Assembly (NCBI GenBank): GCA_964035545.1
Contig: OZ037765.1
Span: forward strand, 9,496,698-9,560,697
DNA: 64,000 nucleotides
Direction: 5' to 3'
Origin: Bugula neritina
Lineage: Eukaryota > Animalia > Bryozoa
The notes beneath the pieces were generated by a model that did not search any database, was not told the origin of the DNA, and saw nothing but the letters and a program-made list of their open reading frames with translations. Positions 24,001 through 39,000 of this stretch are shown here, one piece after another (position 1 is the first letter of the stretch; each line of letters opens with the position of its first letter). Made by a program: the position numbers and the translations under genes.

Positions 24001-27000
24001 AGATCTTATCAGTAAATTATAGCTGTGCAAGAAGGTTGTACATGAGTCCTATACAAACAAACTAGCAATAGTAACACACTGAGGCTAAAACTTGCAGACT
24101 TACTTGCATATTGGACACCTCCAAACACATCTTTCTGCATTCAGCTGCAAGTACGATTCTAGATCGAAACATTGTATGTGGTGGCACTCATTTCCACGAG
24201 CGGGAAATTTCATTTTACGGAATGTTATGGGACATTTCAAAGAGATCTTCACTGAAGTCTGTTCAACGCCATCAGTTTCAGAAGACATCATGCCATTCAG
24301 ATTTGCAAAGTTAGACTTTACTGTAAAAAACACAAATATCTACATGTTACATTTGTATAAAATAGTTTCACAATCGCCAATTTCTAGTGTGGAATTAAAT
24401 GATAATTACATGGCCTTCCGAAATAAAATTCCACTATTGTGTTTTTATATTCTAGTAACTATATCATAGATGCAGGGAACAAAACAAATCTATATCCATT
24501 ACATCCAACCGCATACTGTGTTAGGAACAACAAATACATAAAGCAATGTATCAATTTTAACACCAGGTCATAGATCATTTACTTTTGCTGATAGAGAACC
24601 TTGCTCTATTTCATTGATCAAATGTGAAGAATCTTAGACCCCCTCCGTGCATGGATTTAACTGCTTAGGCTATAACTATAAATCAATGATTAGTTTATTT
24701 TGTCCAATAGCAAATACAATCTCTACAAGGTGTTTCTGTACAAACCCTTGTCTACATTGTTTTGATTGATAGCGGCTATTAAATGTCTGTTCCCTCTAGT
24801 TAATACTTCACAAAATCTACTTTTTACTGTTCACAAATATTGTTACCTGTGTACAAATTGCATTGTCATGGCTCAGTTTAACCTCAAAAACCACAAGCTA
24901 TTGTATAGACTGCATGACATGCTCCTCCTAATTGTAAATGGCCTAGCTATGGCCTTCATCACTCCAGTGTTTATTTTTACAAAGTTCACACACATTCATT
25001 CGGGCAAAAGAGCAACAAACAGATTTCATGTTTTAGGGTCACTGTGCTAGAAAACTTTCAAAACCTCAGTTTTGTGTATTTAGTAAACTGCAAGTAGCAG
25101 TTGTTGTAACCGAATGAAGTTTACAGAAAAAGATAACTTGACAACTTTCTGATGTTGACTAAAATTGTTCGAATACCATTAGTGTAGATAAGTCCTCTTC
25201 TAAAATCAGTGTTTCTAGGGAATCGAGAAATCTCAACTGAAACGCACTTCAAAGATTGATGGTTTGCCAGTTACATACTTTGTTAAATGAGTTTCTTTAA
25301 AAATAGTCAAGTACTGCTCAGGAGAAGATGAGCTAAATGTATAGGGATTGGTTGTTTTAACCTATGTTTTAGCCATTCGGGAGAGTGCTTTACATTAATG
25401 TCATTTTTTATTATAGTTCAACACCTTTTTAAGTACCACACCAATATTAATATAAGCATAGGCTTTTACTATACATATACGTATGCATATGCTTATATAT
25501 ACCAATTTTGAATTTCTATTGTTTTACAACCTAAATGAGCATCATATACACAACAAATCACATGACCTGTAAACACATAATTCACTTCCAGTGCCACGAT
25601 CTAATACATCCAAAACTTACTTTTGGTCACACAATGATCTAAGGGGAGAATTCTTTTCCTGACCAAACTTTGCAAGAGAGACTTTACTGTAGGTCTGTGT
25701 ACAAGTTGTACCATGAAGGAGTGTGACTGCAAAGGTAGAATAATAACAAGGTAATAATATGGTGTGTCATAATTACATGTCTCACCCACCACCTCTACTC
25801 TGTATTGCATTCACCAACTGACTGGGAGAGGCAGAGACTCCATGCTGTGTTGTCACTATAAATAATCTATGGTCAGCAAGATTTCAACTATACATGTATT
25901 AGTTCAGTTGAACTTTCCACCTTCAAGCTCAAAATGTACTCAACACTACTCAAATCTCTACTGTAAGGTTCCAAAAGTTCAAATGTTTTTCTTCACAAAA
26001 TGGGAGGTAGATAACAGTGGCAGCCAAAAATAGCATATTTGAGTGCAGTTAATACATACACAGCAGCAAGCTCCCACTGATATGGTAATGGTGTTTCTTC
26101 CAGGAACGCACACATTCTTGAGATACAGAGGTTTGTGGTAGTTTCCGTGTTCTCCCCGATCGATTAAAAATGGCTGGTTGTTGACACTGACAGAGAGACT
26201 GGCCGGCCAGTTCTGGCTTTGGTCGGTACTGTGAAAGCTTTTGAATTCAACTTCAGAGTCGGGCCTAGAAGCAGGGTATAATATGAATGCAATAAATCTG
26301 TAACTGCAAGGATGTGCATTGATATTTTAGACCAAACAAACTAGAAGCACAAGTTTAGTGACTTGGTAAGAGCTAGGGATAATAAACACATCTTTGTGTA
26401 CCAATACACTAGTTAGAGTATAATGGCATTCATCATACTGGTAGTCTTTATTACTAACTCAAACAATACAAGACAAGCAAGCTAAATAATAACTATCCCA
26501 GTAATATGCCTACATAGGTGACCAGCCATATATTGCCTAAGTACTGATTCACCAGCGAAATTCGAAGTGTGTGCAGATTTTGGCTACAGTGTGTTACTTA
26601 ACACTGTGCTAATATACATTTAAATACTACTAGGTGTGAATCCAGTTATTAGATAAAATATACATGTATCATGCCTAGAAGGGCTGTGGGTTAGCAGCAT
26701 TTCAGCAACAGGAAAATTAGCCTAGATTTATTCCAGACCTTAGATTATATGAAAACACTAATGAGCATGTTAGCTTAATCAAATATCCACTAATTAATTT
26801 CCTAACTTAGTTGCTATTTATGAAGAGTCGGTATGAAAGTTTATCTGGGCAGGGCCAAAACATTCATTAAAGTTACACATTATAAACAAGGTTTACTAAG
26901 TCGGACTAACCTCTCCATCAGTGTTTGATAGAATTGATCTGGTAAGTTGAACCCGTGGTGGCTGACAGCTACATTGTGCTGTAGCCTGAATGGCTGCAAC

Positions 27001-30000
27001 AGCACCCCATTTCTTATCGGGAAATTAAGCCGTATGTCTGTGTCTGAAACATAAGCATGTCCTCTAAATTTGCTTCTTCAAACTTTAATAACAGTAACAC
27101 CCTTTCATATTATTAATCAGACATAAGGATCTCGTATGGTAGCAACTTTAATTTGCTAGTTGGTTTTTACAAACACACCAAAGAGTGAAAAGGTTAGCAT
27201 TGCCCAGTTGCCGACTACACCATTAAATGCACCTTTACAAATATAAAAGAAAGGCTTTGACTTACTGGATGGAATATTTACAGGTTTCATATCTGGGAGA
27301 ACATTCTGTGGTACCATGGAGTTATAGCCATTCTGTAACAGACAGCATAAATATGACATAATTTACAAGTCTTAAACAGGTAGTACCTGTCATCTCTCAC
27401 GTAACTCTCTAGCACACAAACCACAAAGGTGTTCATCAACACATAAACAACAGAATAATAACAAATAAGGGTAATACTGTTTACCATTACAAGAGTAGTG
27501 AATAGTGAGCATGCCACAGCTATTATTATTTATTACATAATACATGACTGAACATCAACAGCCAGATGATTGTGAACTGAGCATAATCATAACATATGAA
27601 CACCTCCTATCTAATGCATCAGCTGTAAACCTTTATTTTTAAACTTCTGAATCCAAGAATCAATAGCCCATGCAAGGAAAAATACAGACAGTTACAGTTC
27701 CAGATTCACTAGCAAACAAAACATGCTAAATATGTTGCAGTGAAGCATTCCATAGTTTTCGATTTTGGCAGTTAATTTTCTATGTTGGATTTATGTCTCT
27801 TGGTTTTTGAAATTGCAGATGCCTCTTAAAATAGAGAGCCTTCTGAAACAGTCAAAATTGCACATAACTTCTCAGCATGTTTAAGGATACAGTAAAGGCA
27901 GGAATCCAATTAAAATTTAGCTGACAACGAGTTGACAAGACAATTGGTGGTCATATGGCTTACCTGGTAGCCAGACTGAGGAGGCATATTGTGGTGAGGT
28001 GGCCCCGGCGTGGAGCTACTTCTGGCCATCATATGGGGGTAAGGGGCACTGCCGCCGGCGTATGGAGGGGGTGCTCCACTACTGTAGGTTTGTTGATTTG
28101 GCTGAACTGTCATGTTGCTGGGTTGTCTCATGTGTGGAGGGTACTGACCTGGAACCGCTGGGTTGTATGAGGGCATCTGTGGATTCAGAGAACTATACTG
28201 GTGCTATAAACAAAAATATTAAACCCGTCATATTCTTGAATCATTTCTACATTTTAAAGCAATACGAAGAAAAGCCCCCAATCACTTGCTGTTTTACCTA
28301 ACAGCTGATAGTCATCTCCACCAAACGTTACTTTGATGATTTATGCAGCAGTACTAGTTCGGATAAGTAACGGTTTCTAGTATCAATCTCATTAGAACAA
28401 GACCATGGTGTCCTTATCAAGAAGAAATCAGTACATTGTAATAGTTCTTCCATTACACTCGCCACTTCATTCACTGCTCAGTTAGCAAAGGTTTTTGACT
28501 TAAATCAATCAAGCGAGACAGAATAGAACATTCTTGTGATAAGGGCTGGTATATTTGATAGCTGTATATATTTTATAGTGACAACACAAAGAAGCCTGAA
28601 GCTATGTTACAACTACGTCGTTCGTGTATATTGATACACAAAAACGCAGCACCTATCATGTAAATGTGTATTAATCGTGTGTACGTCATATGCTACTTGC
28701 ACAAATGATGGTTAGTTACTCTATTCAATTACTGTGGAGTGTAGACTGGTTTAAACAATAAACATCTAGACTACACTGGCTAACTTCAGAGGGGCTACAA
28801 AGCAAAGCACACTTACAGACATATTAGCTGTAGGTGGTGGGTATTGGGCCTTGCGTTGTGACTGTTGTTGCTGCTGCATTAATAACTGCGGGTGATTGCT
28901 GTATGGTGTAGGTCTCCTGTAAGCTGAAAGAGAGTGCTGGGACGGCATCGGCCCACCTCCGGCAGCAGCAGAGCCGCTCATTTCTCTGTTCATCATCATG
29001 GCTGAAGGTGATTGGACCCTCATACCTGGCATGATGCCTGGTTGGGAGCTGTACTGTGTGCTGTGGTACTGAGGTGCCATCTAAAACACAGCAAGTTAAC
29101 TTACCAAAAAAGACTGGTAACAACATAACTGCTTTGCAAAAGTTAAGACATTATTAAATATAGCCTGTTGTTTGGGCTACGCAGCAACTAAGGCTGCAGT
29201 ATAAATAGTATAGTGGAGTTATCTTCTCACACAGAAAAATTGAATATTTGTTGGAGATTTCTGAGCAGAGCATTATATGGATGAGAATTCATGAAATTTT
29301 TTTCCTATTCATTGAAAGAATATAAAAAGGCGACGAGTTATTTGCCACATTAAATTTACACAGACAGCATAAAAGGTTACAGATGTTCGTGAAAACTTTG
29401 TGAAAGAAAGTGTAGAGGCAAAAGAATGAGCCTTAAACTCTAAATTAATATCCTAAAATTTGTTACCTGCGGGTGTGGAGCCGCTGAATGTGGTCTGTGA
29501 TAGGGAGGTTGATCTTGGACCATCATACTTGCAGTTGCTGTTGCAGTAGCAGTGGCTGTAGCAGCAGCAGCAGCCATAGCCGCCGCTGACAGTGCCCCGG
29601 GTGGGGGTTGGTAGTCTGGGTTACCGTTGGGAAGTTGGCTATAAGATGGTCTGTATTGGGGTGGAATACCAGGCCTGGAAAATATTACCAAACAATTAAA
29701 CATGATAGTTTTATCTTATATACCCCCTCCCTCCGCTTAATCTGTCACTTCATATGTGTTATACAAAGTGGAAACACCATTCCTATAGCAGGGAAGCTGA
29801 ATTCAGATAGGAAAAATACTTTGCAGTCACATTCCAAGTCAACGACTCTTTAAATTGGCTGGTAGTTGCAAGAAATTATGTAAAATCATACAACACATTG
29901 ATTAACTGAGTAAAGTTTTCAGCAGGTTAAAAACCTATCCTTATGTCCAGTAATGAAATCTTATCATTGGTTAATTTCATGCAGAGAAGTGGCTGCAATA

Positions 30001-33000
30001 TTATTGATATGACTATTTAGCTGTAATGAAGAGATAGAAGTTGAGTATTGATTGGCTGGGTATTTACTTTTGACAAACTAAATTATTGTAGAATCTGCAG
30101 GACTGCATTCACATGCACTCACCCTGGACCTGAAGGATGAGAAGTCTGCCTGTAGAAGCCAGGTTGCTGGCCAGTGTTATACGGTGTAGCTGGTGTGCCG
30201 GGCCGAATCTGGCCAACATTAGGTCTGTGGTACATGGGCATGTCATAGCCTGGCCCAGGTGTCGGGTGTCGAGCTAGGGGTGCTTGTGTCCCAGGAGTCA
30301 TGTTTCCCCAAACTGTGGTTACCACAGACATGTTTGGTCTGGGTGCTACAGGGGCACCAGGATCAACCGCCCAGCCCACTTCTCTGTTGGATTCAAACAG
30401 CAGTATTAGTTGAATACAAAAAGGAAATTCAATGTGCAACACAGGAAATCAAATAATCATAAATTCTAGATTTAACTATTGGTAATTGCTGAATATACAT
30501 ATTAATTTTTAAATATTCATTTTGATTAAAACTTAAAATAGACCATTATGTAAGAAAATTGGTTTCGATGGTTAGGAAAGATTACAACAATATTGCGAAA
30601 CTGAATTTATATGTGCTGCTATTTGTGGAGTATGACAATGGTATCTATAATATAAGTATTGCTCAAGCCAGCCATCATCAGCAACAACACTGGTGGGTCA
30701 AATAGACCCATCACCATGGCAACTGACAAGTGCTTCAGTTAAGTAATTCCATGTATTTTGTTAGCTCAGTAGAGGTGAGCAGCTTGATAGTCATCATGTA
30801 TGATGTTATGGAGTTACTTACTAGTGAGGAGGTAAACACGGGCAATGTGCAACTACTAGTTATATAATGACAAATGTAAGGCTAAATACACACTGTATGA
30901 TTAGTCTAGTTAGCAACGGTGCTATCTATAATAATTACAGCATGCTTCAGTGACTATCTAGAAAAGTAATTATCTAGTTTAATGTCAATCTTAGAACTGT
31001 GGACAAGATTACATCACGTTTATATATTATTTCTATATTATCTTAGATGAGCATATACATTGTCACAGTTGTCGGATTAGAGGGCTAATCTGCCTTAGTG
31101 ATATGTACCACTGCCTCAGCATTTCCCATCAAATTCTCCGCTTCATATTTAAAGGTAACAATTTGAAGCAAGGGGAAACGTCAAGGTAGTAAAAATCTCA
31201 AGGAAATTTCTGATACAAGCAATAAACAGTTTTGCTGTGTTGCTTACCCAGTGCCGTAAGGTTTTCGCATCATGGGCTGCATGTTCGGCTGTTGAACACC
31301 CGGTTGTTGCATGGTTTCTTGTGGTGTGTAGTTGGGAGGTCTAGTTTCCGTCCCAACTTCTTGAGTATAACTTTGGGAAATGAGTTTGTGTCTGTGGAGT
31401 AGAGCTTGACTAAGCTCGTCTCCCCAGCCTCTAAGGAGCTCTGTAAACATATGATAATGAACTAACTGTTACAGGGAGAATTTCCTGTCTTGTGCAATCA
31501 TTGATGACAATTACACTTTTAACCACGAAATTTCCTTAATACAGTCTGTACTTCTAAATAAAGAATGCTGGCCAACATTTATGGTTAGATTAAACAAGAA
31601 TAATAAGAAATGTACATGATTTGACGCTAATGGACCAATGTTGAATCTGTAAGTTGTAAGTTTCAAATTGATCACTGGGCAAAAAGGAGCAGTAATTTAC
31701 CTACAGTGCCAATAACTAAGCAACAATCAAAGTTTATATACAGAATACAAAAGCTGTTTTGTAGCAAAGTCGTTTAGCAGTTAAGATGTTTCTTTTCAAT
31801 TATAAGTTCATTTTGTTTACACAATATCAATACTAGTAATAGAACACGATGAGAGTTTAACAAAGGTTATGGATGTATTAAACCATATCAACAACAAAAG
31901 AACCATCTTCAGCAAATATGGAGTCAGTTTGTCTTTGAGAATATTGAAGATTAGCAACGAGCAATCAAATTCAGCACCTATGGTTAGTTCACCCACTAAT
32001 TCACTTAGACTACTTGGCAAGGGCGTGCCACTGCGTTGCTCGGCTAGAATGTAAGTTGTGGGTTACTAGTGAAGAACTGACTTCAATTCTACCTCAACAT
32101 CCACAGTGATGACATCAGAATAGATAACAAATCATAGGCAATTCACTAGATATGAGAACTGAGGTGCCACATAGCTAGAAAGATAATTACGAAAAATGAA
32201 AATGACTTCACCTTTTATCCTAATAAATAGTTGTGTAAAGAGGAAAACCTAACAGCCAGGTTGAAGGTAGCATCAGGAACTAAACTGTGTCATTGACATA
32301 CACATCAATAAATAATAATTAAGATGACATAATTCCTATTGTATTTACACACATATCTATGACAATGACTTTATGAGCAAAATTTTCATGCATCACTTCT
32401 GGGTAATGTTTTACAACTAATCAATAGTAATTTTATTGGTAAAGCTTAGAGCAAATTCCTAAGCTCTGGCACATTGTACAAGCAAGCACCCTACTTCCAC
32501 AACTGGTAGCAATAAGGTTAATCTCTCATCCTATCATATGAGTAGATGCATGGCATCCTCCAATAAGATAATGTGTAGTTGATTTTTGAGCATTTTGAAG
32601 TGGTTGGTGTACAGTAAATATGTGCAATTTCCATAAACTGACACAACCTTATGCTGACAATAACAGCTACGTGGTTGCGTGGAACATTTCCTTATAAATG
32701 AAATCTCCACTTTTCTGCTGTTGCCTTAACATAATGTAACACTTCTTTGTTGAATGCTTGTTTAGGTAACGTTATACTGTTTAACAGAACTACATGCTAT
32801 GCATTAAACACTATTACATTAGTTTGGATGCTTGGCTCCTTAAACAAAAGATTGCTAAGCGTAGGTCATTATGGCTGTACACAAATGTAATGAGGTTTTT
32901 CATAGTTCTGTTTAAAACCAGTGTAGCAAAAAAATACCTTTATACTAACCAGGCCGTTACACAAACCATGAAGACAACAAGCAAATAGCCCATTGATACT

Positions 33001-36000
33001 GTGGCTATTAGCAATGTAGTAGAAAATCTTATTCGGATGTAAAAAGCAGTGGTATGGGTGTTTGTCCTAGCACAGACACCCCCAGTACAAGCTACAAGCT
33101 ACACACTACACGCAGCAACAAGAACAATTATGAAGTTTGTTTACTGTCTACAGCTACACAGCTACTTCTGTCAACGTAAACACAGCCTCACAGATAATCA
33201 ACAAACTACAATCTTCTACCAGATAGCTGGATTTACTCGAGTGACAACAATCAATGTTTTAATGGCAAGCAATTACAGATACAAATGTTACAGGACACTC
33301 CCCTTGTTAATCAATAGTTCTAATATCTCTATCTCAATGTAATAATTATTTATCTAGTTGAAGCATTAGTTGTAGGAAAGCCAAGCAGGTATATTGATAA
33401 TGCAGTGATTAGGCTAGCATTTGAAAAGGAATGCCTGGCCAAAGGTACATTTTGCTATCAATTTTATGGTGCCATCCATTAGTTTTATTCAACAGTACAC
33501 TAGCCATCTAGTTAACTATTAGCTAATATTCATAAGAATACATTTATAAGATACGGTTGAAACACAAAGCTGCAAGTGTCTTCAGTTATGTAATAGCTTT
33601 TGGATAACAAAAGTAATGCCAAAATTAATGTCCTATCATTAGTGAAACAAACTGAAAGAATTTGAAAAGTGACTTGATTATGTAAGACTCAAAACAATGC
33701 AAGATCTACTAACTAAACTAGGTACCCATGGCACAATGAGAACCAGCTTGTCCATAACCCATAGCATATCAAAAGGTAACAAGAATAACAACCTGGCAGT
33801 AACACCCTGATATAACTTAGACTAGAACTGTGAGATTGGATTGCTGGGCAATCATAATGATGCCTCAACTAAGTGATAGGTACCCCACTAGTCACTTGTA
33901 GAAATCAACTAGGTGGTCGAAGAGTGAATGATCCATAATTTGTTTTGAATGCATGTAAAAGAAGTTGCATTGACCTTACATCTCAGGGTTATTGCCCAGG
34001 AATTAGAGTGTTCTGCCGGATTCATCCAAACCATTTAATTGTAGAAGCAAAAACTTTGTCATAAAACAAAATGTCTTTCTCTTGTTTGCTTACCAGGTAG
34101 GTAGGTTCCAAATATATTAAATATTCCATGATAGTTACTGAACGAGCAAAATTAAAATAAACGTGCATCTATTAAAAGCTATATATCATAATATTATATT
34201 TCCATAGAACTAATTCTATCCAATAGCTAAACTAATTTTTCAAATATCGATAAACTTTACATGGTGTAAGTAAATGACCTCCAAAAACCATTGCATTACA
34301 AGAATAAACAGGGGTTATCACGGCTCCATAAGCTCTGGGGGACAACTCAGAAATTACTTTAATAGCATAATTACATTTATTCTTCAAGTTGAAGGTGAAC
34401 CAACAACATTTAACTTGAGAATATAATCAAATACCTGGTGCCAGGCAGAACAACCTGCATCCGGCCTATGCAGTGGTTGACACAGACACTACTGTACTGC
34501 CTACAATGTTTTGATTCAACTAACTCTTCTATTCATAGTAAGTAACCTCTAGACTAGAAACGATGATGTTGCCTTAGTGAATCATATTTTATGCACATAA
34601 TAATATATACACATACCACACGCACTTATTTATAATTACATAGTATTACACCAAGAGTCTGCATCAAATATAAGGGGAATAGTTCACATCATATAAGAAA
34701 CAATTACTAACTTAGTTCCAGGCTTGGTCAGGGCATCTCTTAAAAAGATATTGAATCACACTAATGTATTTTCTTACACCTATTATTTTACCAATTTTGT
34801 TCAAAAACTTCTTAGGAAAATATATCCGTTTTATAATAGAAGTACTAAAGTAGAAGTAGCTACTGGAACCTAATCGTAGTACAATGTTGATAGGGTACGG
34901 TTGTACCGATAAGTTGATACTACAGCGTTGATACTCATTTGTGGATGTTGACTACTAATTTAAATCTATTATCGTTGTCAGTACAAGGGGATGCTACTAA
35001 TACCGCGCTGGTAATATTTACTTCAGCACAGTTATCTGAGGTTTTTAGCTAGAACGGCTTGTGTCATATTTCAATCCTAAAACAATTAGTATGTTGGCTG
35101 GCTATGCTTAGTTTGTCAAACTATAGTCTGCATATTAATGGAGATAAGAAGAACAATAACTAGGCTAGGTGAACATAATATATATAATTATACATAATAG
35201 TCAGCTTTAACAATTACAATAGCACACGTAGATAACATCTCATAACAGAAAGTACTAAGTAGTACTAAAAGAGGCATATTGGAGCACCTTGGACCAGATG
35301 GGGCAGAAAGATGTGGGGGTGGGTGCTGTTACTCCACTTTAACAAACACAGTTATCAGGAACTATGCCCTAGAAATTATATCTACGTCTAACCTACCACT
35401 GACTAGGCTGTGTGCACCAACCTACATTGGAAAGTATAACCAACCAATTTAGCCCTCACGTGCTCCTTTTAGTATAGATTATAATTTCAATTTATCTTTT
35501 CACAGATTAAAAACAAGACTAGTCCAACTGAAGCAGATGGTGAAGGAGAAATTGTCAACATTGGTTCATGGCGCAAAAGTACTTCTAGTAACAGTAAAAA
35601 CCTTGGCTAAATGACAATCCAGTAGCAGAATATGAAAGCCAAAATCTATAAAAATGTGTACTAGAGTTTGGAATTTATTAGGTTAATCTGAATAGAGGAA
35701 TAGGCAATGAAGTGTAGGGCAGTTTGAAGACCCGTGCTATGCAAACACTGAAAGAGACACTCTAGCTATAGCAACACGAACAACCTTGGCAAAGTTAATA
35801 GCTGAGAGCTTTTCATACTATGATTGTCAACGCTCAATTAGCAGCACTTCATTGATTTTACTTACATAGTATAAAATAATAACAATCACAATGGTCGCAA
35901 TAGCAAAAGTAATGGCAATTCAATTACTTATTACTATAATCTGCAACATTGATTACAGCAGAGTAGAGTTAGTAAATGCTTGCAGTTATCTATAATTACA

Positions 36001-39000
36001 ACATTAATACTATCAAAAGACTATTACTATATAAAATATTATTAAAATAGCTGTATATAAAATGAAGGAATGTCAACGTGAAGTAGCAGATCAGTGATGC
36101 CAACAAATTTAGTATTATTGGCATCACCATGAGGACTGGTGAATGATTCTGTATTTATTAACACTTGATATAACTTATACAAGTTATAATATTAGTATTA
36201 CACTTTGATTTAGTGTATCTTTACTCCACTAAGCTAAATCAATGCTCTCTTCAAATAGACATTGCTCGCTCAAGTAAAAATTGAATATGATACATTTACA
36301 TTGGGCATACTAACAATTCATTTGATAACAATATTAATGCAAACACAACTGTAACTATAAAGGCATTTCGACATGAATATCCATATCACTTTTCAAGTTA
36401 ATCGAATATTGATATTATTTGCCAAGACATTAAATTTAAATTTTAGCATTCAAGTATATCAGGAATTAGTCAATATAATAATAAACAGCAAAAATAATAA
36501 TAATTTATCATTACCAGAAGCTCAGAGGTAGATTAGAGCATCTCGATGGTGACTGAAGTAACTGTAATCAGATTCGGTGTCTTTCGTGAAGGCATAAAGC
36601 GCAATTGTTACTTCAAGTTTGGTTTTAGGATCAGTGGTGTCGATTTGAATACTATACTATAATAATTGTATCGGTTTGTACTATAACGTCGATATAAAGT
36701 TAGCGAGGTGTGAAGTGTCTAATATTTACTTCTTAAACAGCCTGAGTACAGTAACGGACAGATAAGCTCAAGCCTCATTACTGAATGGGGCGATTGAATT
36801 ATGGCAAAACCTTATTGTACTACCGTATTAATTTACATATGAAAGAATGCTCTCTAGGGTCATAGGTCAAAAGCGCACGGTGTAGACCAATCATCGCTGT
36901 ACAATAGACTTATCACGCATGACTGAACACACTAGTTAATCATGCAGGTGATTAACTGAGTGATGGCTAAACAAAAGAATTACAAACAAATAATGGTACT
37001 GCCACACTTCAACATTAGCTAAAGGGGACAGCTAATTGAAGTTTTGCATTCACTAGTTATTAGTTATGACTGACAGCACCGAAATGATAAAGTAAAAAAG
37101 TCAATGAAATCCAGGAAAACTTAGAACCACAATTAGCTGCTGATCTATTTCAATGATCAACAGATAACAGGCTAACCAGGCTGGATGTCCATAAAGCAAG
37201 TTGTTGTAAAGATGTCACTTAGATGTTTTTTATGCAAGTTTCTTTGTAGTAAACTTCATGAAGCAGCTGAAATATTTCGAAAATAAAGATATTTTTGTTG
37301 TAGAATTGGCACTACAGATTGAGATTAAAGTCACAGTAAGAGTTTGACAAACACACTAAAGCTCTTCTTGAAGACGTCAACAAAGTAGGCCCTATAATAG
37401 AATCAAATTTTCAAATTCTGCAACAAAACAAGCTTGAATCCTTTTAAAATTCAGCTATTAGAGTGTCTTGTAGGAGGTAGCTATGGTCTAGGGGTTAGGG
37501 CACTGACTGTAAACACTAGGTCAGCGGTTCAAATCCCGGTAAAGGTCATTGGTGATGATAGGAAATGCATTCAGTCCTTCTTTCCCCGTAGTAGAAAATG
37601 AGCCCTTAGCCTGCTAAGAAATTTTTCCATCAGAGTTTCTCATTGGGATAGTGACCATAAACCCATGTGAGCTATTAGGGTGCCTTGTTGCCCAGCTATT
37701 TCATGGTAGAGTCTTAGAAATAGGAAAAGGGGAGTAAGTGTAGGGCCACACGACGGGTGGGATTTCTCGCACATCACCCTACACTAACTCAACATCGTTT
37801 TAGATTTTATGGCAGTTTAGATTTTATTAGCACTTTCAATTTATATGAGTTTTCTCTTATATTTTGTACATAATGTTGCACAAACAATTAAAATGTAGTT
37901 TTGGATTGAATACAGAAAAGTATCTTATATAAAGAATAAATTGTTCAGTGACAAAATTGATGCGAGATAAATTAGAACATTATCATTGAAGCATAATTTG
38001 CCGGTTTGAAATTCTACGAGTATGTTTTAAGGTATTTTTATAATTTTTGTCACATTTTCTTAGCAATAATAACTTTGAATCCTGTTGCTGCTATATTTTT
38101 GCTACTCTAGTAGCGAGACGCTTTTATATTTATAAAACATTGATTATCAAAATCCCATGTGCCAACTTTTTTTATAAGTCAACTTTTCATTGTTTGAGTT
38201 TTAGGTAGAGGTGCTTCTCATACTTTACACCAGAAAATGGCCAAATTATAATGTTTTCCAGGCAAACTTGAGAGCAAATGTTGTTTTAATGTATATTTTC
38301 TTCTTCATATAATCTCAAGTAACACTTTAGTTTAATGGTTGGCTTAACAGCATCTGTAAACTGGGCAGTTTACGATACTTTTAAATTAAAAAACATTAAA
38401 ATAAATAACAGTTAATAAAAATGCAGATATATGCTTGTTCAGACACAAAAACAATGCTTATTCATAGCAAAGAATATTTTGCAGGTAGTACAAATGTGCA
38501 TTAGGTAAATTCTTCTGTTTTTAATACAAAAAGTTCACATAAATCCACTCAACAAAGAAAAAACAATTTACTATATGTTTGCCATAATCTGACCTGTGTA
38601 CCCATAACAGTAATATAGTTGTAAGATATAATCGCTAGTGCTGGCATCCAATTGCATAACTTTAAATTGCTAAATGGCAGAAATTTTTAATAACTTGCAA
38701 GTAGTTAAGACAGCCAAATAACTTTAATCAATGGACTCCAGGCAATTATCCTATTAGCTTATGTATTTAGTAGCTTCAATTTACAACTAGTTACAGTTTT
38801 ATGATAAATTTAAGAATTTACTATAATGTGCATTTTTCTTGCCAGAAATCACAGAGCGGATCCAAGCTTTATAGTATGCTGCTATTTACTGTATATCTAG
38901 AGGGAAGGGTCCTTTTCCAAGTATTATAATATTTTGGTAACTAATAAATACTGGGTTCTGATATGATAAGATATCAAACGACTTTTTACATTATTTTTCC

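Noticed and set aside
27955-28301. Plus-strand ORFs overlapping ZMIZ exons (also 24092-24469, 29608-29853, 30259-30456)
   Set aside because: Antisense shadows of GC-richer coding exons with no recognisable motifs.
31817-33342. Several 60-97 aa ORFs in the ZMIZ intron as a nested gene
   Set aside because: No family motifs, no consistent splice chain, and composition typical of AT-rich non-coding DNA.
37473-37548. Possible tRNA-Tyr gene (CTGTAAA loop, A and B boxes)
   Set aside because: Acceptor and anticodon stems do not pair, and the downstream body is shared with a second copy, so it is a SINE head.
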